Assembly: GCA_021791815.1 (NCBI GenBank)
Contig: JAJYVV010000003.1
Coordinates: 1 to 52,212, forward strand
Origin: Bacillota bacterium
Lineage (GTDB): Bacteria; Bacillota; Sulfobacillia; RBS10-35; JAJYVN01
Direction of reading: 5' to 3'
Length of the DNA: 52,212 bases
Shown here: one piece after another, positions 46,745-52,212 of the stretch
How positions within the stretch are numbered: position 1 is the stretch's first letter
Layout: every line of letters begins with the position of its first letter
Translations under genes and position numbers: made by a program
Notes under the pieces: generated by a model
Told to the model about the DNA's origin: nothing
The model's input: the letters and a program-made list of their open reading frames with translations, nothing else
Databases searched by the model: none

Positions 46745-47217
46745 CGCCGCCACCCTTCGGAGGCCGGTGGGGGGCACTCGACACGTGGCCGGGGCGTCGT
46801 CGCCGGACGATCCCACGACGGCTTCCGGACCACCGGGGGGCGAGCGCCCGCTTCGCCATGGGGCGCAGCGCTCCTCCGCTCGATTCCGGCAGGGGGACCG
46901 GCCCGCTGGCCCGGGTCCGCGCGGATCGGTGGCCGCGGACGCGTGGCTGGGCGGCGCACCTCGCGCTGCCACCGGAGGAGGGTAGGCGCGCCGGTTGCGG
47001 CGTTCGCGCCCGTGGTGCCGCCGTCAGCGGACGGGTGGAGATCGATCCCGTCCCGTCTTGAACATCCCGCCCACGGCCGCGGTGGCGACGGCGCCGGATT
47101 TGGGCGATCCCAAGGCGGCCCGCGGCCCGCCCGCGCCGCGGCGCCGCCCCATGCGCCCTCCGGCCGGAGGGAAGTTGGACCAGCGGCGCGAACGCCGTCG
47201 TCCGAGAGGGGACGGGC

Positions 47218-48747
47218 GTGCCCATCGGTGGCGGCGACGGGGACCGGCGGCGAGCGGCGGATTCGCCCGCGCCGGAGCGGGTGCGCTTGGCCCAAGACCC
47301 GGCGGCCGCCGCGCTGCCGGCGCGCGCGGCGCGGAGGGCGCGGGCGCACACCGCCCCGGTCAACGTGCCGCTGGTCCTGGCGGGGCTCGCTGGAGCGGCC
47401 GGCCTCCTCGTCACGGGCATGCTGCTCGGAGGCATCGTGCGGCCCGCGGGTGGGTCGGCAGCCGCGGGCGCCGGCGCGCCAGGCGCCGCCAGTGCCCCCG
47501 CCGGCCCTGGCGGCAGCGCTGCGGCGGCCCGGGCGCAGGCCGATGCCTCGACCGCCGAGTCGCAGGCCGCGCAGGCGGAGGCGGTCACGGCCCAGGCCGA
47601 GGCGCTGCTGCAGGCGGCCCAGTCCGCCTCGGCCCAGGTGGGCCGCCTGGCGACGGCCAGCCTGGCCCGCAATCCCGCGGCGACGAGCCCGTCCGCGGCG
47701 CTGCAGCCCCTCGAAGCCGACGACACCCAGCTGGTGGCCCTGGTGGCTCAGGCGCAGCAGGCGTCGGCCGCCGCGTCTGCGGCCGCAAGCGCCGCCGCCG
47801 CGGCGGACCCCGGCGCGGACGCCGCCGTCAGCGGCGCCGACGCCGCGGGGAGCCGCGCCCAGGCCGCCGTCCAGCAGGCGCAGGCGGCCGGCGCCCAGGT
47901 CGGGACGCTGGTCGCGCAGGCGGAGGCCGAGGTCCAGGCCTGGGCCTCCGTGCACGCGGCGGCGCCCGGCTACTTTGGCGCGACCGTGGAGGACGTGCCG
48001 GCGTCGTTCGGGGTCCCGGGATGCGAGGTGGACGCCGCCGCGCCCGGCAGCCCGGCCGCCGCGGTGGGACTGGTGGGCCGGACGCAGCGCACCGACCCCG
48101 TCGGCGACGTGGTCACCTCCGTCACGGACGGCACGGACGGAGGGGCCGTGTGGCCGGTGGCCGACTGCGCCGCCTTCGTCGCGGCCATGGCGCAGACGCG
48201 GGCCGGTGACCAGGTCACCGTGGCCTACTACCACCGCCAGGTGATCTGGTACGAGCTGTCTGGCCGGTGGGTGCTGGAGTCGGGGACCGCGACCCTCACC
48301 GCCGCGCCGGGGAGCAACTGCCCGGCGCCGATCGCCGGCACCATCAGCCCTGCGCTGACCGGCAACCGCATCAACCTGACGATCGCGCTCGTCGGGCCGC
48401 AGGGGAGCCGTGCGGGGTTGGGCGTGATGCTCGACACCGGCGGCGTCCAGTCGTACTTCCCCGACGCGCTCCTGCGGAGCCTGGGATACCGCCCGTTCCT
48501 GGCGACGCTCGCCGGCGGCATCGTCCCCGGGGCGATGGGGGCCGCCAACCTCTACCGCATCCCGGGGGCGGCGCTCACCGCCCTGGACGGTGGACGCTAC
48601 GTCCCGCTGGCCACGGGCACCCTGACGGTGATGGGCGTGGTCAACGGGACGCTCTCCGGCCTGGGCCCGGACATCCTCAAGCAGGGCGCCCGGCTGACGA
48701 CGGCGGGCGGCCGCTGGACCTTGACCCCGCCATGCCAGGCCGGGTAG
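47218..48747 (+). CDS. Membrane-anchored protein: Ala/Gln coiled coil, PDZ-like domain, retropepsin-like aspartyl protease
   Basis: TM VPLVLAGLAGAAGLLVTGMLLGGIV. GYFGATVED...APGSPAAAVGL...GDVVTSV. VMLDTGG...GLGPDIL. Confidence 0.7.
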   Translation: MPIGGGDGDRRRAADSPAPERVRLAQDPAAAALPARAARRARAHTAPVNVPLVLAGLAGAAGLLVTGMLLGGIVRPAGGSAAAGAGAPGAASAPAGPGGSAAAARAQADASTAESQAAQAEAVTAQAEALLQAAQSASAQVGRLATASLARNPAATSPSAALQPLEADDTQLVALVAQAQQASAAASAAASAAAAADPGADAAVSGADAAGSRAQAAVQQAQAAGAQVGTLVAQAEAEVQAWASVHAAAPGYFGATVEDVPASFGVPGCEVDAAAPGSPAAAVGLVGRTQRTDPVGDVVTSVTDGTDGGAVWPVADCAAFVAAMAQTRAGDQVTVAYYHRQVIWYELSGRWVLESGTATLTAAPGSNCPAPIAGTISPALTGNRINLTIALVGPQGSRAGLGVMLDTGGVQSYFPDALLRSLGYRPFLATLAGGIVPGAMGAANLYRIPGAALTALDGGRYVPLATGTLTVMGVVNGTLSGLGPDILKQGARLTTAGGRWTLTPPCQAG

Positions 48748-48860
48748 GCCGCCCCCCGCGATCCCCTGTCCGTGGCCCCCGCACGATTCTTCGGCGCACC
48801 CCGCATCCACCCCGAAGCGTTCGGGCCGCATCGGCGTTTCTGCAGGGCGGAGGGGATGGG

Positions 48861-49538
48861 GTGGCCACCGCTGCCGGTGCCCGGTCGGGCCGCGCGGCCT
48901 CGTTCCGGGACCTCCCCACGCCCCTGCCCGAGGCGCCGGCCGCGGCTTCAGGGGCTCCCCGTCGGCCGCCGGCCGCGCGGCCCGCGCCCCGGCCCCTGCC
49001 CGACGAAGACCTGATGTCCGCCTTCGCCACGGGCGACCTGGAGGCGTTCGGGGAGTTGGTCGCCCGCCACCGCGCCGCCGTGATCGGCTTCTGCCGGCGG
49101 CTCCTCGGGGATCCCCACGAGGCCGAGGACGCCGCGCAGGACGCCTTCGTCGCCCTGTACCGCTGCGGTCCCCGCTACGTCCCCTCCGCCCCGTTCCGCG
49201 CCCTGCTCTACCGCCTGGCCCGCAACGCCTGCGCCGACGCCCGCCGGCGACCGGCCCCGCTGCCCGGCCCAGACCTTCCCGAGACACAGGACCCGGACCC
49301 GGGCGCGCCGGAGGCGGCCGAGCGGCGGCTGCGGGCGGCGGAGCTCCGCCGGGCCGTGGCGCGCCTGACCCCTCTGCAGCGGGAGGCGGTGGTCCTTACG
49401 CACTTCGAGGGCCTGACGTACACCGAGGCGGCCGCCGTGCTGCGGGTGCCGGTGGGGACCGTGTGCTCTCGGGCGGCGGCGGCCTTGGCGGCCCTGCGCC
49501 GCCTGCTGCCGGTGCCGGGGGAGGAGGGCGGCAGGTGA
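48861..49538 (+). CDS. ECF RNA polymerase sigma factor
   Basis: DEDLM...GDLEAFGELV.RH, AEDAAQDAF, FRALLYRLARNAC.D, QREAVVL.HFEGLTY.EAAAVL.VPVGTV.SR. GGAGGGG SD. Confidence 0.9.
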   Translation: MATAAGARSGRAASFRDLPTPLPEAPAAASGAPRRPPAARPAPRPLPDEDLMSAFATGDLEAFGELVARHRAAVIGFCRRLLGDPHEAEDAAQDAFVALYRCGPRYVPSAPFRALLYRLARNACADARRRPAPLPGPDLPETQDPDPGAPEAAERRLRAAELRRAVARLTPLQREAVVLTHFEGLTYTEAAAVLRVPVGTVCSRAAAALAALRRLLPVPGEEGGR

Positions 49539-50008
49539 CGCAGCCGTGCGCGGACGCCATGGACGCGATCGCGGCGGTGGCCCGCGGCCGGGCGCCGGAC
49601 GTCGGGCCGGGGGTCCGCGCCCACCTTGCGGGATGTCCGAGGTGCCGGGGGGCCTACGCCCACGCCGCCGCGTGTGCGCCGTGGCTCGCGGCCGGCATCG
49701 TGGACGACGCCGGCGGCGCGGCCCACCGGGAGGCCTCCTCCGCCTGGGAGCGGCGGCTGTTCCTCCGCCTCCTGGCCGAGGAGAGGGCGTCGGGCACGCC
49801 CGGGCCCCGCCCGGGCCCCGACGCCCGGGGCCGCCGCGCGGTGGGGCCCGCGCGCCACGGGCCGGCTCGCGGCGATTCCGGCCCGAGACCGCGCAGCCCG
49901 GCATGGGCGCGCCTGGCCGCGTGGCTCGGCGGCTGGGAGACTGGACCCGAGGAAGGGGAGTGGCGGCGGTGGCGGCGGCGGCCGGAGGCGGACGCAAGCC
50001 CACGATGA
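49535..50008 (+). CDS. Zinc-finger (ZAS/zf-HC2) anti-sigma factor
   Basis: GTGA overlap with the sigma stop. C...HLAGCPRC (HxxxCxxC). Confidence 0.75.
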   Translation: MTQPCADAMDAIAAVARGRAPDVGPGVRAHLAGCPRCRGAYAHAAACAPWLAAGIVDDAGGAAHREASSAWERRLFLRLLAEERASGTPGPRPGPDARGRRAVGPARHGPARGDSGPRPRSPAWARLAAWLGGWETGPEEGEWRRWRRRPEADASPR

Positions 50009-50691
50009 CGGTCACCGTGGCGTCGGGTGAACGCCTGGGGGAGGTGCGCCTGCGAGAGGACCCTTGCGTCTTCGCGCGGTTCGAGAAGGGCGCGTCGACG
50101 GGGTGGCTCCAGTACGTCGCGGGCGCGCTGTTCCAGGTGCACCGCACGTACTATGTCGCGGAGGTCGACTGGGACGGCCGGACGCTCCACGAGATCGAGG
50201 TCGAGTACTACGAGCCGGAGTTCCCGGACGCGCGGCTCTGGATGCAGTGGTATGTGGAACAGACGGACGAGGCTTGGCGGCTCGTGTGGTGGGGCCAGCG
50301 CTACCCGAACGCCACCGCGGAGCTCCGGCCCCAGGGACGGCTCATGCCGCGAGTACTCCGGCCCGGCGCGGCGTCGGGCGACCACGCCGTCGACGCCGAC
50401 ACCTACATCCTGGATAACGGCGGCGGCAAAAGGGTCCCCTGCCTCCGCCTCTGGGAGGGCCGCGGCGACGGCTTCCGGGAGTACTTCATCGATGGCCAGG
50501 GCGACTGCCTCTACGGCCGGTACTGGACGGCGTCCGGTGCGGCGCCCCCGGCCGGTCCCCAAGCGGACCAGGCCATGGAGCGCGAGGGCCGGCGCCACGT
50601 CCTGGCGTGGGAACAGATCCCCCACAGGATGATGTGGGCGGTGTGGGCGCGCGACCCGGAGACGGCCCGCAACGGCGACCCCGGGCGGTGA
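50005..50691 (+). CDS. Hypothetical soluble beta-rich protein, third gene of the ECF operon
   Basis: ATGA overlap with the anti-sigma stop (alternative GTG 49969). Protein-like composition rich in aromatic and acidic residues. Confidence 0.7.
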   Translation: MTVTVASGERLGEVRLREDPCVFARFEKGASTGWLQYVAGALFQVHRTYYVAEVDWDGRTLHEIEVEYYEPEFPDARLWMQWYVEQTDEAWRLVWWGQRYPNATAELRPQGRLMPRVLRPGAASGDHAVDADTYILDNGGGKRVPCLRLWEGRGDGFREYFIDGQGDCLYGRYWTASGAAPPAGPQADQAMEREGRRHVLAWEQIPHRMMWAVWARDPETARNGDPGR

Positions 50692-50697
50692 GACCCC

Positions 50698-50726
50698 GGG
50701 GGGAGGGCGCCGGGCGCCCTCCCCCC
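50698..50726 (+). terminator. 13-bp GC hairpin after the ECF operon
   Basis: GGGGGGAGGGCGC-cgg-GCGCCCTCCCCCC, starting 7 nt after the stop. No U-tract. Confidence 0.5.
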
Positions 50727-50807
50727 ACCCCCGCCCGAACATCATCCCGCGCAGCGGCCGTCGCCCCGGCGTCGGTCCCGCGCGGCGAACCCGACCGCGC
50801 CGAGTAG

Positions 50808-52212
50808 GTGCCTGCCACGGACACCGCCGCGGGCACCCGGCGCTGGTGGGCCCTGGGCGCGGTGATGCTCGCGGTCCTCGCCGCCCCCCTCGACGCCACG
50901 GTGCTGAGCGTGGCCCTGCCGACCCTCGCCACGGCGCTGCTCGCCACGGAGGCCCAGTTGCAGTGGTTTTCCTCCGGCTACCTGCTCGTCGTCACCGCCG
51001 CTGTCTCCTCGGCGACCGCTCGGGGCGGAAGGCGGTGCTGCAGGGCGCCTTGGCGCTGTTCGGCGCCGGTTCGGCGGCCTGGGCGCTTGCGCCGACGCCG
51101 GGGGCGTTGCTGGCCGCCCGGCTCGTGCTGGGTCTCGCGGGGGCCGGCGTCATCGCGATGGCCGTGTTCGCCCTCGCGGTGCTGTTCCCGCCGGACGAGC
51201 GGCCCAAGGCCGTCGGCGTCTGGGCCGCGGCCAACTTCGTCGCCGTGCCCGTCGGCCCCGTCCTCCGCGCTGGATCCTCATCCACCACCGGTGGGGCTGG
51301 GCCTTCCTGATCAACGTCCCGGTCGCGGTGCTCGGTCTCCTGGCCGTGCCGCTGCTGGTGCCCGAATCGCGGGCTCCCGTGCGGCCGGCCCTCGACGGCG
51401 CCGGGATCGCCGCCTCCACGGCCGGCCTGACGCGCGTCACCTACGGCCTGGTCGAGGCCGGTGTGGCCGGTTGGGGCTCGCCGCGCGCCGTCCTGGCGGT
51501 CCTGTTCCTGTTCTGCGTCTGGGAGCGCACGCTCAGCCGCCGACCGGGGGGCAACCCCTGGTCCCCCGGTCCTGTTCCGGTCCCGCTCGTTCACGTGGGG
51601 CGTCGTCCTCATGTCCGTGGCGGTGCTCGCCATGTTCGGCGCCCGGTTGATCCTGCCGCAATACTTCCAGGGGGTCCTCGACGAGGATGCCGCGGGCTCG
51701 GGCCTGCGGCTGCTGCCGATGGTCGGCGGGCTCATCGCCGGCGCGTTGCCGGCCAATCGCGTCGCCCGCGCCGCGGGCCGGGGAACGGCGGTGGCCGCCG
51801 GATGCGCCGTCCTCGCGGCGGGCGTCGCGCTGGGCGTCGGCCCCGGCCCGGCGACCGGGCCGGGGTTCGCCGCCGCGTCGGCGGCCCTGGCTGCGGTGCC
51901 GGAGGAGCGCGCGGGGGTGGCCTCGGCCGTCCTGCAGGCGTGCAAGAACCCGGGCGGGCCGTTTGGCAGCGCCATCCTCGGGAGCGTGCGGAACGCCGCC
52001 TACCGGGCGGGCCTCCCGGTGGCCGGCGGGCCGCCGCGGCCGCGGCCCGCGGGCGCGTCTTCGCCGCCGTGGCGACGGCGCGGCGCCTCGGGTCTCCAGC
52101 CCTGCGGGGCGGGGCCCACGTCGCCTTCGTGGTGGGACTCGACCGAGTCCTCTGGGCCAGGGCCGGAGTGGCGGCCGTGTTCCTATCCGGGCGGTCGCGC
52201 CGGCGGACCGGG
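50808..52212 (+). pseudogene. DHA2-family MFS transporter, multiply frameshifted
   Basis: RRWWALG...LDATVLSVALPTL...LQW, then other frames give LGDRSGRK...ARLVLG, WGWAFLINVPV, LPQYFQGV...GLRLLP. Confidence 0.8.

Noticed and set aside
47500-47940. Low-complexity GCC/GCG/CAG-rich tract
   Set aside because: Encodes the Ala/Gln coiled coil. It is not a tandem DNA repeat.

Overview
Very GC-rich (roughly 75% by eye) bacterial chromosomal segment. Strong GGAGG-type Shine-Dalgarno sites, a c-di-AMP (ydaO/yuaA-type) riboswitch on a 3D-domain gene and a PrsW protease suggest a high-GC Bacillota-like host (inference). It is an accessory and metabolic region with about 40 intact CDS: five Gfo/Idh/MocA oxidoreductases, two ECF sigma factors, an Lhr helicase, a D-threonine-aldolase-family enzyme plus RidA, two Asp-box lipoproteins, TetR/MFS, PrsW, a sialidase-like protein, a VapBC pair, hydrolases and transporters. 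It also holds one complete IS1634-family element with recognisable ends and at least six decayed genes. Most very long ORFs in the supplied track are GC-rich shadow frames. Best novelty candidates: (i) an ECF sigma translationally coupled to an S9-peptidase-like protein with a degenerate catalytic triad; (ii) a membrane-anchored coiled-coil/PDZ/retropepsin protein directly upstream of an ECF - zinc anti-sigma - unknown-protein triad; (iii) one GGAACC-N16-CGTC promoter shared by both Asp-box lipoproteins; (iv) repeated subterminal motifs and a long leader in the IS1634 element. No tRNA, rRNA or CRISPR array was seen. All family calls come from motif recognition, not database searches.
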